From a virus (Duplodnaviria; Caudoviricetes): a DNA stretch of 60,318 bases. The notes under the pieces are model-generated. The model had not been told where the DNA came from. It worked only from the letters and a program-made list of their open reading frames with translations, and searched no databases. A program made the translations under genes and the position numbers. The DNA is taken from IMG/VR virus record IMGVR_UViG_3300043783_000122, positions 1 through 60,318 of that record; one strand, given 5' to 3'. Positions 43,896-53,665 of the stretch are shown here, in pieces; the first letter of the stretch is position 1; each line of letters opens with the position of its first letter.

Positions 43896-44414
43896 GTGGC
43901 GAAGATCAACATCTTGGGCTTCTCGATCGACGTGCCCACCACATATAGCGCCGGCCATCCTTGCACGGCCAGTGAGGCCGAGGTGCTCAATCGCATTCTC
44001 ACCCGGACCATCGCCAAGGGGCTCTACAAGACGCTGGTCACAGGGCTGGCTCTTCGCCACGCCGAATCGTTCGACGGCCTGAGTAGCGACGAAGAGCGCA
44101 GCGAGGTCCGGGCGCTCGCGCAGGGCTTCATAGAGCGATTCACACTCGGGTTCTCCCAGGGCCACGAGCGCCTCGCGGCGGTGGAGGTAGAGGCGAGGCG
44201 GATCGCCATGGCCGTGCTTGAGGCCGCGCTCTATCGCCGGGGGCAGAAGCTGGGCGAGCTGCACGAACAAGAGCGAGAGGACAAAATTCGTGAATTGATG
44301 CTCTCCGCAAACGTGCGACGAGAGGCCGAGACGCGAGTGGACGGCGCTCGCGCCCTCGCCGGCGCGGCACACGAGGAGCTCTTGGCGAGCATCGCAGGAG
44401 GCGACGATGTTTAG
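43896..44414 (+). CDS. hypothetical phage protein
   Basis: GTG 43896; F.IDVP..Y.AGH..T..EA.VLN. Confidence 0.65.
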   Translation: MAKINILGFSIDVPTTYSAGHPCTASEAEVLNRILTRTIAKGLYKTLVTGLALRHAESFDGLSSDEERSEVRALAQGFIERFTLGFSQGHERLAAVEVEARRIAMAVLEAALYRRGQKLGELHEQEREDKIRELMLSANVRREAETRVDGARALAGAAHEELLASIAGGDDV

Positions 44415-44721
44415 AGTCGGGCAGAAGGTGGTCTGTGTCGATGCAGAGACGCTCTTTCCGCATAGACTAGGAACTGGGTCATTCCAGATCGATGAGGCGC
44501 TAGTCAATGGCGCGATTTATACAGTAAGACGAGATTTCATTGACCATGAAGGTGATCGTATTCTCTGGCTGGAGGAGGTCAAACGTAACGAGCGCGCAAA
44601 GACATTCTGGGGTCCAGATGCTGGATATGGCGCTTGGCGCTTCCGCCCCCTCGTCGAGCGCAAAACGTCAATCGAAATCTTCGAGCGCATGTTGACGCCG
44701 GACTTGGAGCGGGTGAGATGA
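44407..44721 (+). CDS. small SH3-like phage protein
   Basis: MFRVGQKVVCVD...G.IYTVR...L.L.EV...RFRPL.ERKT.I. Confidence 0.65.
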   Translation: MFRVGQKVVCVDAETLFPHRLGTGSFQIDEALVNGAIYTVRRDFIDHEGDRILWLEEVKRNERAKTFWGPDAGYGAWRFRPLVERKTSIEIFERMLTPDLERVR

Positions 44722-45300
44722 GGGCACCAGGGTCTCGGACGAGGATGGATGCCCTTCGTGCGGAGCTAGCGCAAGTCTGGCTCGCCCCGCACTTCGACGC
44801 CCAGCGCGCGGCTAGCATCTATGCAGCGCTCGCCTGCGAGCTCCATGTCCTCGGCCGCCGGCCGCAGTACGACATCGGGCGACAGGGTTTCCAGTTCAAG
44901 CGAAGGAGCGAACGCCTTGGGCGCCGCTGAGCAGGACATGATCTATTCAGCCGCTCGCGCCACGTTCGGCCTAGTCGTCCGTGGGGACGCCAAACGCTTG
45001 CGCGCCGCTCGCACCGTGCTAGTGGCGAGCGATGCTAGCCTCGTCGATCTAGCGGTGTTGGGACCTGATAGGAGCGGCCAAGTCTGGCTCGTCCGGAAGG
45101 ATGCCCTCAGGCGACATCTGTTGAGTGATGCAATATGAAACGAGGAATGCGAAAGGTAATACCACTCTGCCCGCTTCAAATACCGCTAAGACAGTATCTC
45201 GTTAACCGCGAGTATATCTTGCTATCGCAGATAGTTGCAATCAAGGCGGCTATAATACGGGCAGAGCAGGAGTTGCAAACTATAGATAAGATGAGGCAAA

Positions 45301-45519
45301 ATGCCCAAAGTTCCTGAAAAGACGCGGCGAGTGCACATCCTCTTATACGAGAACGACTGGCAGACGCTGGGCTCGCTCTACGGAGATACCGTGAAGCGAG
45401 GCCAGGTCATCCGGGCGCTCGTTCGCGCGCACGTCAGGGGCATCAGGGCGAGGGTGGAGCAGCGCTCGGCGAGCGTGGCGAGCGAGCCCGAAGGGGCGCA
45501 AGCGGAGGAACTGGAATGA
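45301..45519 (+). CDS. ribbon-helix-helix-like DNA-binding protein
   Basis: RRVHILLYENDW..L........VIRALVR.HV. Confidence 0.5.
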   Translation: MPKVPEKTRRVHILLYENDWQTLGSLYGDTVKRGQVIRALVRAHVRGIRARVEQRSASVASEPEGAQAEELE

Positions 45520-45776
45520 GCGAAACACAAACGTCGCCCTTGGCCGAGGCCAGTGAGGTCTCGCTCGACGAATTCTTCTCCAGGCGTCCCCCGTTCGACG
45601 GAGTGGCGCTCAGCGCCATGGTGGCCGAATTCCGGCGAATGCGAGTGAAGTGGCAGTCGGGCGAGGGAGGGGCGAGCGCCAAGAAGGCGCCCAGAGCGGC
45701 CAAGGGCAAGCCCAGTGCGATACCGCTTGGCGCGGACGACCTCTGGGCTTCGGAGCCCGATGAGGCCCCCAAGTGA
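45516..45776 (+). CDS. hypothetical protein with GADDLWASE motif
   Basis: PLAEAS..SLDEFFSR.P...VAEFR.MR..W; directly precedes the exonuclease. Confidence 0.65.
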   Translation: MSETQTSPLAEASEVSLDEFFSRRPPFDGVALSAMVAEFRRMRVKWQSGEGGASAKKAPRAAKGKPSAIPLGADDLWASEPDEAPK

Positions 45777-46717
45777 GCTGGCCTGAGAACACAGCATTCT
45801 CTCCCTTGCTGCCCGATATGCAGCTTGCGGTCGATAGTACATCGCTCGGAGCAATGAAGACCTGCGCGAAGTTCTATGAACTCTCAATCATTCGCGGCTG
45901 GACCAGTAAGAAGAAGAATATTCATCTGGAGTTCGGCTTAGCCCTTCATGGTGGGAGAGAGCGGTATTACCATCTCCGTGCCGAGGGATCGGACCACAAC
46001 TATGCTGTGTGCTGCGCGCTCAAATACGTGCTGCACTATTCCTGGGACTTCGAGCTCGATCGGCCCAAGGCGGTCTTTTCAGAGGACACTTATAAAAATC
46101 GCTTCACGCTCGCTCGCACAATGGTCTGGTATCTCGATCATTGGGAGAATGATCCACTGGAGACGATAATCCTGGCCAACGGCAAGCCAGCGGTGGAGCT
46201 CTCCTTTCAAGTTCCTCTTGGCCTGAAAACCCAGACGACGGGGGAGGACTATACGCTCTGCGGCCACTTGGACCGTGCAGTGGGGTTTCAAGAGGCCAAC
46301 TGGGGCAGTGATCTTAAGAGCACGAAGAACTCGCTGGACAGTTATTATTTCGCCAATTTTACGCCGGATAATCAGATGAGCACGTATTCGTTCGCGGGCA
46401 AGATCATTTTCTCGGAGCCCTTGAAGGGCATCATCCTCGACGCCGCGCAGGTTGGCGTGGGGTTTTCTCGCTTTGCCCGTGGCCTTGTCCATCGCACCAG
46501 CGCCCAACTCGATGAATGGCACAGAGGGGTGAAGGTCTTGCTGGCGCAATTCGAGCAATACGCGCGGGCACAGTTCTGGCCGATGAATGAGAAGGCGTGC
46601 TATAACTGTCAGTATCGCTCGATATGCAGCCACTCGCCTCAGGTACGCGAGAAGTGGCTAGCGGCGGACTTCGTTAAGAGGCTGTGGAATCCGCTCGTGG
46701 CTCGTGGGGATATCTAG
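45773..46717 (+). CDS. PD-(D/E)XK (Cas4/RecB-like) recombination exonuclease
   Basis: DSTSL...K.C, FG...H, VE, GHLDR...DLKST, Q...Y, C..C.Y..IC. Confidence 0.85.
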   Translation: MSWPENTAFSPLLPDMQLAVDSTSLGAMKTCAKFYELSIIRGWTSKKKNIHLEFGLALHGGRERYYHLRAEGSDHNYAVCCALKYVLHYSWDFELDRPKAVFSEDTYKNRFTLARTMVWYLDHWENDPLETIILANGKPAVELSFQVPLGLKTQTTGEDYTLCGHLDRAVGFQEANWGSDLKSTKNSLDSYYFANFTPDNQMSTYSFAGKIIFSEPLKGIILDAAQVGVGFSRFARGLVHRTSAQLDEWHRGVKVLLAQFEQYARAQFWPMNEKACYNCQYRSICSHSPQVREKWLAADFVKRLWNPLVARGDI

Positions 46718-46874
46718 GGGAGATCGTGATGATTACAGGATGGATTATCTGTACTCTCGTCGGCGCCATCTGCGGATGGCAACTCGCGAAATATAAATAT
46801 AGTGTTTGGTGGTGCCTCGCGCTATTCCCCATTGGAATGGGGATAGTTGCAGTCACACTCGGCTTGGGGGCTCC

Positions 46875-47675
46875 ATGATTTCACCCGTCAAGCTCCTCGT
46901 CTGCGCAGAGTCCGGTAGCGGCAAGACCGGGGCGCTAGCCAGTCTGGCCGCAGCAGGCTACAATCTCCGCATCATCGATTTGGACAACAACTCCAGGGTG
47001 CTCGCGAGCCTGCTGACCGACCCTGAGTCGCCCTATGTCAAGGCGAACGCCAAGGTGGCCGAGAGGCTCCAGAGCGTCATCGGGCTGAGCGAAAAGCGCA
47101 TCGCCACCGGCGGCAAGCTCGGAATGCAAAAGGCCGAGGTCTGGAGCAAGGCTTGCGGGCTCTTGGAGAAGTGGAAGGACGGCGAGCGGGACTTCGGGAG
47201 CATCACCACCTGGACGACGCAGGAGGTGCTCGTGGTCGATAGCTTCACGCGCCTCGGGGAAAGCGCCATGAGGTTCATTCAGGCGATGAATGGGCGACTG
47301 AACGCCCATCCGTATCAGAGCGACTATGGCGAGGCCCAGGGGCTCGTCAAGTCGTTTCTGGAAATCGTCTCGGACCCAGAGGTGAAGTGCAATGTCATCT
47401 TGAATTGCCACATCCAGAGCGTTGAGGACACCGATGGCGTCAATCGGGACTTCCCAAAGGCTCCGGGCAAAGCGATTGCCAAGGACATCGCGACGTACTT
47501 TGGCTCGCTCTTGCATATCACCAAGACCGGCGTGGGGACGAATGTCAAGCGCGTGCTGAAGACCGTTCCGGCCGGGACGCTCGGAGTGAAGAATACCGCG
47601 CCCTTCCGTGTACTCCCCGAGTACCCTATTGAAACCGGCTTGGCCAGCTATTTCGCGGCCGTTAGAGGAGAATGA
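46875..47675 (+). CDS. AAA_24/Sak4-like P-loop ATPase (recombinase-like)
   Basis: ESGSGKT, IIDLD, LVVDSFT, NVILNCH; located between the exonuclease and SSB. Confidence 0.8.
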   Translation: MISPVKLLVCAESGSGKTGALASLAAAGYNLRIIDLDNNSRVLASLLTDPESPYVKANAKVAERLQSVIGLSEKRIATGGKLGMQKAEVWSKACGLLEKWKDGERDFGSITTWTTQEVLVVDSFTRLGESAMRFIQAMNGRLNAHPYQSDYGEAQGLVKSFLEIVSDPEVKCNVILNCHIQSVEDTDGVNRDFPKAPGKAIAKDIATYFGSLLHITKTGVGTNVKRVLKTVPAGTLGVKNTAPFRVLPEYPIETGLASYFAAVRGE

Positions 47676-47676
47676 A

Positions 47677-48123
47677 ATGAGGAAACTTCAGTTAGCATTA
47701 CTCGCGAGCGCGGCCCTCTTCCTGGCCTCGCCAGCACAGGCGCAATACTACCAATGTGGACTAAATCAGGTCTGTGCTCTTTCCAGCATTATAGTAACCA
47801 ACACTTGCTGCACAATAAGCTCCGACGACTCCTATGCCGCCATGGTCGCCTCGTGGGCGGTGTCGCTGCAGCTTCGCGGGTGGCTTTCCAAGGATGAGGA
47901 CAAGCTCACGCGAGAGGATGTGAAGGATCGACAGGAGAAGCTCAAAGTTCTCTGCGACTGGATCAAGACGGTCGAGAATCATGTGTACGCACAGGCGTAC
48001 ACACAGTGGGCACAGAGTATGGCAATCAAGCTCAACTCGGCCAGCAACAGGCTGGATCATAATGAGATCGCCAGCGCGCTCTTGCTCCACGGCCTTCCGG
48101 CGCTGCCAGACGGAGCGAAGTAA
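47677..48123 (+). CDS. secreted Cys-containing protein
   Basis: MRKLQLALLASAALFLASPAQA|Q; GAGGAG RBS. Confidence 0.65.
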   Translation: MRKLQLALLASAALFLASPAQAQYYQCGLNQVCALSSIIVTNTCCTISSDDSYAAMVASWAVSLQLRGWLSKDEDKLTREDVKDRQEKLKVLCDWIKTVENHVYAQAYTQWAQSMAIKLNSASNRLDHNEIASALLLHGLPALPDGAK

Positions 48124-48145
48124 TTCAGCGCGAACGAGCGCTGAA
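48124..48145 (+). terminator. stem-loop after the secreted-protein gene
   Basis: TTCAGCGC-N6-GCGCTGAA. Confidence 0.4.
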
Positions 48146-48197
48146 AGAGGGCAGCACGGTGCCCATTCCCCCGTGCGAACACATGGAGAGAAGAGAG

Positions 48198-48644
48198 ATG
48201 ATTGACTTCAGTAAGCTTGGAAAGACCCAGATGGGCGCAGTGCCGCCACCCCCAGTCATGCCGGCAGGGACGATGTACGGGACGATATTGAAGTGGGCCT
48301 GGGCAGAGTCTCGGTGGAAGAACAAGGAGACCGGGCAGCCCGAGGCACAAGTCCACTTCACGATCAAACCGACCGAATTCGGCGAGGACATCGACGAGGC
48401 GGAGAAGGTCGGCGTCGTGCTGAAGGACAAGATCGTGATCGCCGAGCAGGGTTGCGACAGCGGCGCGCAGGTCTATTACATGCAGGAGTTCCTGCGGTCG
48501 CTGGGCATCCCGGTCGAGGGCAAGACACTCGACCAGTGCCTCCCCGAGACCATTGGGACGAGCGTGATGTACGAGGTGGTGCACAAGACCGGAGAGCGCG
48601 GGACTATCGCGAACGTCCGAAAGCTCCGCGCCAGAGTGCAGTAG
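48198..48644 (+). CDS. single-stranded DNA-binding protein (DUF669-like OB fold)
   Basis: PP.MPAG...G.I...F...FL..LG...VHK......ANV; follows the Sak4-like ATPase. Confidence 0.6.
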   Translation: MIDFSKLGKTQMGAVPPPPVMPAGTMYGTILKWAWAESRWKNKETGQPEAQVHFTIKPTEFGEDIDEAEKVGVVLKDKIVIAEQGCDSGAQVYYMQEFLRSLGIPVEGKTLDQCLPETIGTSVMYEVVHKTGERGTIANVRKLRARVQ

Positions 48645-48664
48645 AGCGTACTGGCAACGAGCGG

Positions 48665-48692
48665 CCCCAGGAGAGCACTATGCCTCCTGGGG
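48665..48692 (+). terminator. stem-loop after SSB
   Basis: CCCCAGGAG-N10-CTCCTGGGG; no U-tract. Confidence 0.4.
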
Positions 48693-48758
48693 AAAGGCGA
48701 GCGCCACGGCGTTGATCAGTGAAACAGGCACATATCAGTAGGCTGTCGGGAGAAAATC

Positions 48759-48968
48759 ATGACAACGACGGTTGATGAAATCCACAGCGCCATTGATCGC
48801 ATTTGCGCGGAGCAATTCAAGGGCATTGGTCGCCCCGCCATGATCTTGCCCGGCGACAAGGTTTCGGTATCGTACATCGAGGGCAAGCCGTATCTGTTCA
48901 TGGAAATGCGCGAGGTTGTGCGTCTGGCGTGCTCCATCTTGGACTACCGGCCGACACCGCAAGAATAA
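48759..48968 (+). CDS. small hypothetical protein
   Basis: 69 aa, GGAG RBS. Confidence 0.5.
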   Translation: MTTTVDEIHSAIDRICAEQFKGIGRPAMILPGDKVSVSYIEGKPYLFMEMREVVRLACSILDYRPTPQE

Positions 48969-49280
48969 CATCACATTACTTTGGAGAATCCGATGAGCGA
49001 AGCCGCGCCGGAAAGCAATCTGTTCTTCCCACCTGACCGGGGGTGTGCTGATCGGATGCACTGTAAGATGTTCTACGACCACGAAACGCTAAAGTGGTCG
49101 TGCGAGCGGAAAGACTGTCCGGGGCGTACCGATGAAAATTAGCCTAGTGATCGCTTGGTATGATCTCTGGATCGGCGTCTTTTGGGATCGAGCCAAGCGA
49201 AAACTCTACATCTTGCCGCTGCCGTGCATCGGCATCGCGATTACGTTTGGGCAATAAACCCCCACAAGCGGACAACTCAA

Positions 49281-49472
49281 ATGGACAACCCTAAGCTACC
49301 AGACGGAGCCCACATCGACGGCGACAAAGTCTATAACGCTCGTGGCGATTTGATCGAAGTCTTTGAAGGCAGATGGTGCATCGTCAAAGACGGGGGGCGC
49401 TCTGGCTGGTGGAGATTCCACGAGCACTACGACCGCGACGGATACTGCGATAACCCGGCACGCGGCTACTAA
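49281..49472 (+). CDS. small hypothetical protein
   Basis: MDNPKLPDG...HYDRDGYCDNPARGY. Confidence 0.5.
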   Translation: MDNPKLPDGAHIDGDKVYNARGDLIEVFEGRWCIVKDGGRSGWWRFHEHYDRDGYCDNPARGY

Positions 49473-49853
49473 CAGGACGTTAACATGGACGAGGATGGCG
49501 AGCCGCCAATGATCTGCCCTATGACCGGGACGATCTGCCTCCATGAGCAAGACGAGTTTTGCGAGGATTACGGGTGCGCTCGCAAGGCCGGCATCGACGT
49601 GGACGCGGACCTTTACACTTAGGCACAGTTAGGACGGCAGGGAGGTTGAATATGATGGACCCGGCAATGGCAATGGGCTTGTTCGTTGGATGTGGCGCGC
49701 TTCTAGTGATTGCGCTGATGTTTATGTTTGTTAGATAGGCATTGGCTGGATGCCGCCATGACAATGCAAATCATCTGTTTCGTGGTTGGCGTGGGTGTGG
49801 GTGGGATGCTGGTCTACCTTTCACCACTCGCGCGATAACTCAGGGAATTTAAC

Positions 49854-50048
49854 ATGGCGCGGCGAGGATTTCAGGAGTTCCAATGCGAGGGCGAGCCTGC
49901 ATTCTTTTGGGCGCGCTGCGAGATTACGGGATGCCCTAATTGCGTCTGCATTGGCATGAGCCCGAGCCTTTGCTACCAGCACGGCATTGAATTTGGGGAA
50001 TTTACGAAAGAGGATTTTGACCGCAACCGGGCTGAAAAAACCGACTAA
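49854..50048 (+). CDS. small zinc-finger-like protein
   Basis: C....C....C......C..H. Confidence 0.55.
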   Translation: MARRGFQEFQCEGEPAFFWARCEITGCPNCVCIGMSPSLCYQHGIEFGEFTKEDFDRNRAEKTD

Positions 50049-50076
50049 CCGCCGATTAACAGGGAAGACGAACGAA

Positions 50077-51516
50077 ATGACAGCAACGGACAAGTACGCG
50101 CGGCTGGCCACACAGAGCGTGGTGGTCGGGCCAGATAGGCAGCGCACAGAGCTCGATCTCGACGAATCGTTCGTCAAGAGCATCGCGGAGCGGGGCATTC
50201 TAGCCCCCTTGCTCGTGACGAGCGCCAATGTGCTCGTCGCGGGCGGACGGCGGCTCGCGGCGGCGACGAAGCTGGGTGCGGTGGACGTACCCGTGCGGTA
50301 CGTGGCGGAGGGGCTATCGAACGATGAGCTTCGCCTGATCGAGCTAGAAGAAAACGTGCGACGATGCGAGCTCCCCTGGAGAGACCACGTGCGCGCGGTG
50401 GCGGAATTGCACGCTCTATGGGCCAAGTCCCGTCCGGGCTGGACGACAGACAAGACCTCGGCGGAGTTGGGCGTCCAGACGCGCATCTACACCCGTGTAG
50501 CGCGCGAGCTCGACAATCCCAAGCTCGCCCAGGCCACGAACGTCCGGGCGGCGTTCAACATTTGCGCGAGGCTAGATGAGCGGCTGGCCGACGCGGTTAT
50601 GGAGGACATCTCGCACAGCAGCAGCGAGCTCCTCGCAGGGCTCGATCTGGCCGAGAGCGCTCTAGCGGCGAACGAGCATGAGTTGGCGGCAACGGTTGGA
50701 GAGCCAGCCGTCAGCGGAGGGGAGGAAACGGGTCCCAGGTCTCCACCTGCCACTACGACCTCCCCTCTTGTAATTCGCCAATCGACGGGAGTGGAGCTCA
50801 AGCCAGCGCTGCCCGATGTGCTCTGTGCGGACTTCATTTCATGGAGCAGCACATATGCCGGGTCTCGTTTCAATTTCCTTCATTGCGACTTCCCATACGG
50901 CAAGCGGGTCTTCGCCGGCGAGTGGGGCGGAAAGCACGCGGAGGAGGAGTTCAAGTACGACGATGATCCAAGCGTCTATTGGAAACTGATCGAGGCCCTC
51001 TGCGCGAATCTTGACCGGCTACTGACTCCGACCGCTCATATGATGTTCTGGCTCAGTAGCGAGATCGAGAATATACACGCCACGATTGAGCGCTTCCGCG
51101 AGCTCGCTCCGAGCCTCATCTTCCAGCCCCGGCCGCTGGTCTGGCTAAAGAGCTGCAACACCGGCATTACGCCCGATCCGGTGCGAGCGCCCAGGTGGAT
51201 TTGTGAGTTTGCCCTGACAGCAACTAGAGGAGACCGCCCACTTGTCCGTCCGCTCGCTAGTGGCTATGCTGCGCCGACTGCGCGCTCGCTTCATCCCTCG
51301 ACGAAACCGGAGCCGGTATTGCGTCACTTCTTCGGGATGTACATCGACAGTACATCCCGTGTCTTGGACCCCACCTGTGGAGCTGGAAGCGCTCTCCGAG
51401 CGGCCGAATCGCTCGGGGCGGCCAGCGTGATGGGCATCGAGCGCAGCGAGGAGTACGTCGCTAGCGCGAACAAGGCCCTAAGAGATTTCCGCAACTTGAG
51501 AGAGCTCACACGATGA
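50077..51516 (+). CDS. ParB-like domain fused to an amino-methyltransferase (beta-class N4/N6 MTase-like)
   Basis: SI..RGIL.P.LV.....VAGGRRL.A...L.EN..R; MTase motif IV HCDFPY, HP..KP, motif I LDPTCGAGS, GIE. Confidence 0.85.
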   Translation: MTATDKYARLATQSVVVGPDRQRTELDLDESFVKSIAERGILAPLLVTSANVLVAGGRRLAAATKLGAVDVPVRYVAEGLSNDELRLIELEENVRRCELPWRDHVRAVAELHALWAKSRPGWTTDKTSAELGVQTRIYTRVARELDNPKLAQATNVRAAFNICARLDERLADAVMEDISHSSSELLAGLDLAESALAANEHELAATVGEPAVSGGEETGPRSPPATTTSPLVIRQSTGVELKPALPDVLCADFISWSSTYAGSRFNFLHCDFPYGKRVFAGEWGGKHAEEEFKYDDDPSVYWKLIEALCANLDRLLTPTAHMMFWLSSEIENIHATIERFRELAPSLIFQPRPLVWLKSCNTGITPDPVRAPRWICEFALTATRGDRPLVRPLASGYAAPTARSLHPSTKPEPVLRHFFGMYIDSTSRVLDPTCGAGSALRAAESLGAASVMGIERSEEYVASANKALRDFRNLRELTR

Positions 51517-51974
51517 CGAAACCCTGCTTTATCTTCGACATGGACGGAACGCTGGCGGACGACTCGCACCGCGCGGAGCATATGAAGGCGGGGGACTGGG
51601 ATCGATATTTCTCCCTCTGCGGAGAGGACCCGGTGATCGCCCATGTCGCGCACATTGCTCGCGCGCTCAGCGAGGCCGGCTACACCATCATCGTCGTGAC
51701 TGGGCGCAGCGATAGCGTCCGGGCCGAGACGACGCTATGGCTCGCCGAGCACAAAATCGACGCCTATCTGATCTTCATGCGGAAGAAGGGGGACGTGAGG
51801 AACAATAGCGTCATGAAGCTCGAAGCCCTCGCTGAGCTCTGCGCACGAGGCTTCGCGCCCCTCATGGCCTTCGATGACCAGCCACAGACGTGCAAGATGT
51901 GGCGGGACGCCGGGGTGCCTTGTGCGCAGGTCAAGGGGTCGGACGAATTTATCGAGTACAAACAGAGGGCATGA
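51513..51974 (+). CDS. HAD-family phosphatase (PNKP 3'-phosphatase-like)
   Basis: FDMDGTLAD..HR, VTGR, MR..GD.R....K, FDD. Confidence 0.85.
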   Translation: MTKPCFIFDMDGTLADDSHRAEHMKAGDWDRYFSLCGEDPVIAHVAHIARALSEAGYTIIVVTGRSDSVRAETTLWLAEHKIDAYLIFMRKKGDVRNNSVMKLEALAELCARGFAPLMAFDDQPQTCKMWRDAGVPCAQVKGSDEFIEYKQRA

Positions 51975-52300
51975 CAATGGAATTTCTATACGAACTGCGC
52001 GAGGCGAATATCGCCCGTGATGCTGTGTGGAATCCGAAGAAGCTACTCTCGCTCTCGTTTCGTGGCAACGAGCTTGGTGGCGAGATTGGCGAGGCGCAGA
52101 ACATTCTTAAGAAGATCGAGCGAGAGCGTTTGGGCCTTCGGGGCTCCCGCGCGACGCCAGAGATGCTGGCCGAGGAACTCGCCGACGGAGTGATCTGTCT
52201 CGATCTCATCGCTATGGAGTTCAGGATCAATATGATCTCCGCTATTCGAGCGAAGTTCAATAAGACCTCGCAGGAGCGAGAGCTGGATGTGATGCTATGA
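51971..52300 (+). CDS. mazG: MazG-like nucleotide pyrophosphohydrolase
   Basis: GE.GEA.N..KK..R...LAEELAD..I..DL.A......AI..KFN.TS. Confidence 0.85.
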   Translation: MTMEFLYELREANIARDAVWNPKKLLSLSFRGNELGGEIGEAQNILKKIERERLGLRGSRATPEMLAEELADGVICLDLIAMEFRINMISAIRAKFNKTSQERELDVML

Positions 52301-52409
52301 GGTTCTGGCCAGAGAGTTTCTCGAAAACGCCGCCGCTGCACTGCTGGTTCGATGTGCTGGTCGTGGTGGGGTTAATAACTTCTTTGCTGTTGCTCGGAGC
52401 AGCAAGCAG

Positions 52410-53558
52410 GTGAGCGAGCCCTTCGCCCACACGAGCGGGCCGCACGATGCTAGGGTGGTCATCTGCGGCGAAGCGTGGGGGGAAAGCGAGGAGCGCCACC
52501 TCGTGCCCTTCGCTGGTCAGAGCGGCCGGGAGCTCTTCAGAATGCTCGGCGAAGCGTGGAGCTCCCCCGAGGCCATCGAGGTGGCCAATGTGCGGGAGGA
52601 CGGGGTGTGGCTGGCGAGGCGGGACGAGTGGCTCAGAGAGCACTCCGTCCTGCTGACCAATGTCTTCGCCCTACGGCCGCCTGGGAATAATCTGGGCGCG
52701 CTGTGCGCCTCCAAGGGGGAATTGCCCGCCGACTACGCGCTCCCCCACGTCCGCACGGAGAACCCTCGTTATGTCCGAATGGAGTTCTTGCCACATCTGC
52801 AACGACTTGAAGCAGAAGTTATACGATGCGATCCGAACCTTATCATCACGTTCGGAGGCACAGCTACGTGGGCTGTTGCACGAACATCGGCAATCGGGAG
52901 TGTGCGAGGAGCAGTTACGCTTGGCAACTTTGTCTTGGGACCGTCCGATCTCAATTTCTTCAAAGTTCTGCCTTGCTATCACCCTGCAGCCGTCCTCCGC
53001 CAGTGGAGCTGGCGACCAATCGTTCTGGCAGATTTGCTTAAGGCTCGCAGAGAGCGAGAGTTCCCAGAGATCAGACGCCCGGCGCGAACAGTCCTCGCCG
53101 AACCGACCCTCGACGAGGTGGAGAGATGGACTGCCGAAACACTCGTGGCTGGACGATACAGGCTACTGAGCCCGGACATTGAAACGATGAACGGCCAAAT
53201 CAGGTGCATCGGCTTCGCCCGCTCGTCGAGCGAAAGCCTTGTCGTGCCCTTCATACGCGACCTCTCCGGGGCGAGCTATTGGCCCACCCAAGACGAGGAA
53301 CTTCGCGCGTGGTACGCGGTGCGCACGTTGCTCGATAGCCCCATTCCCAAGATTTTCCAGAACGGCATCTTCGATATGAGCTATCTCACGCGTATGGGAT
53401 TGTACGTTCGTAATGCTTTACACGATACCATGCTCATTCACCATGTTTTATATCCAGAATTGCAGAAGGGCTTGGGCTTCTTGGGCTCGATCTACACAGG
53501 CGAGTCATCATGGAAGCTCATGCGCAAGCACGGGGAGGAATTGAAGCGAGATGAATGA
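52410..53558 (+). CDS. UDG-superfamily domain fused to the N-terminal part of a 3'-5' exonuclease (DNA polymerase part 1)
   Basis: GEAWG..E...PF.G.SG, TNV...RPP.N, YHPAAVLR; ExoI DIET, ExoII QNGIFD, DTMLIHH. Confidence 0.85.
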   Translation: MSEPFAHTSGPHDARVVICGEAWGESEERHLVPFAGQSGRELFRMLGEAWSSPEAIEVANVREDGVWLARRDEWLREHSVLLTNVFALRPPGNNLGALCASKGELPADYALPHVRTENPRYVRMEFLPHLQRLEAEVIRCDPNLIITFGGTATWAVARTSAIGSVRGAVTLGNFVLGPSDLNFFKVLPCYHPAAVLRQWSWRPIVLADLLKARREREFPEIRRPARTVLAEPTLDEVERWTAETLVAGRYRLLSPDIETMNGQIRCIGFARSSSESLVVPFIRDLSGASYWPTQDEELRAWYAVRTLLDSPIPKIFQNGIFDMSYLTRMGLYVRNALHDTMLIHHVLYPELQKGLGFLGSIYTGESSWKLMRKHGEELKRDE

Positions 53559-53665
53559 CGAGATAATCTCAGCCTTCCCATTCGCGGCAAGGTGTATCGT
53601 CTGCGCTATGTGGACATCTACGAGCGCATTGAGGTATTACTCATTGCCAATCTGGACCTGAAACT

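Noticed and set aside
45773-46717. Cas4-like nuclease as evidence of a CRISPR system
   Set aside because: No repeat-spacer array or other cas genes seen; context with Sak4-like ATPase and SSB indicates a phage recombination module
49132-49257. WYDLWIG in a small ORF as another DLW motif instance
   Set aside because: Hydrophobic, non-acidic context unlike the acidic tail motif; probably an unrelated small membrane-associated protein
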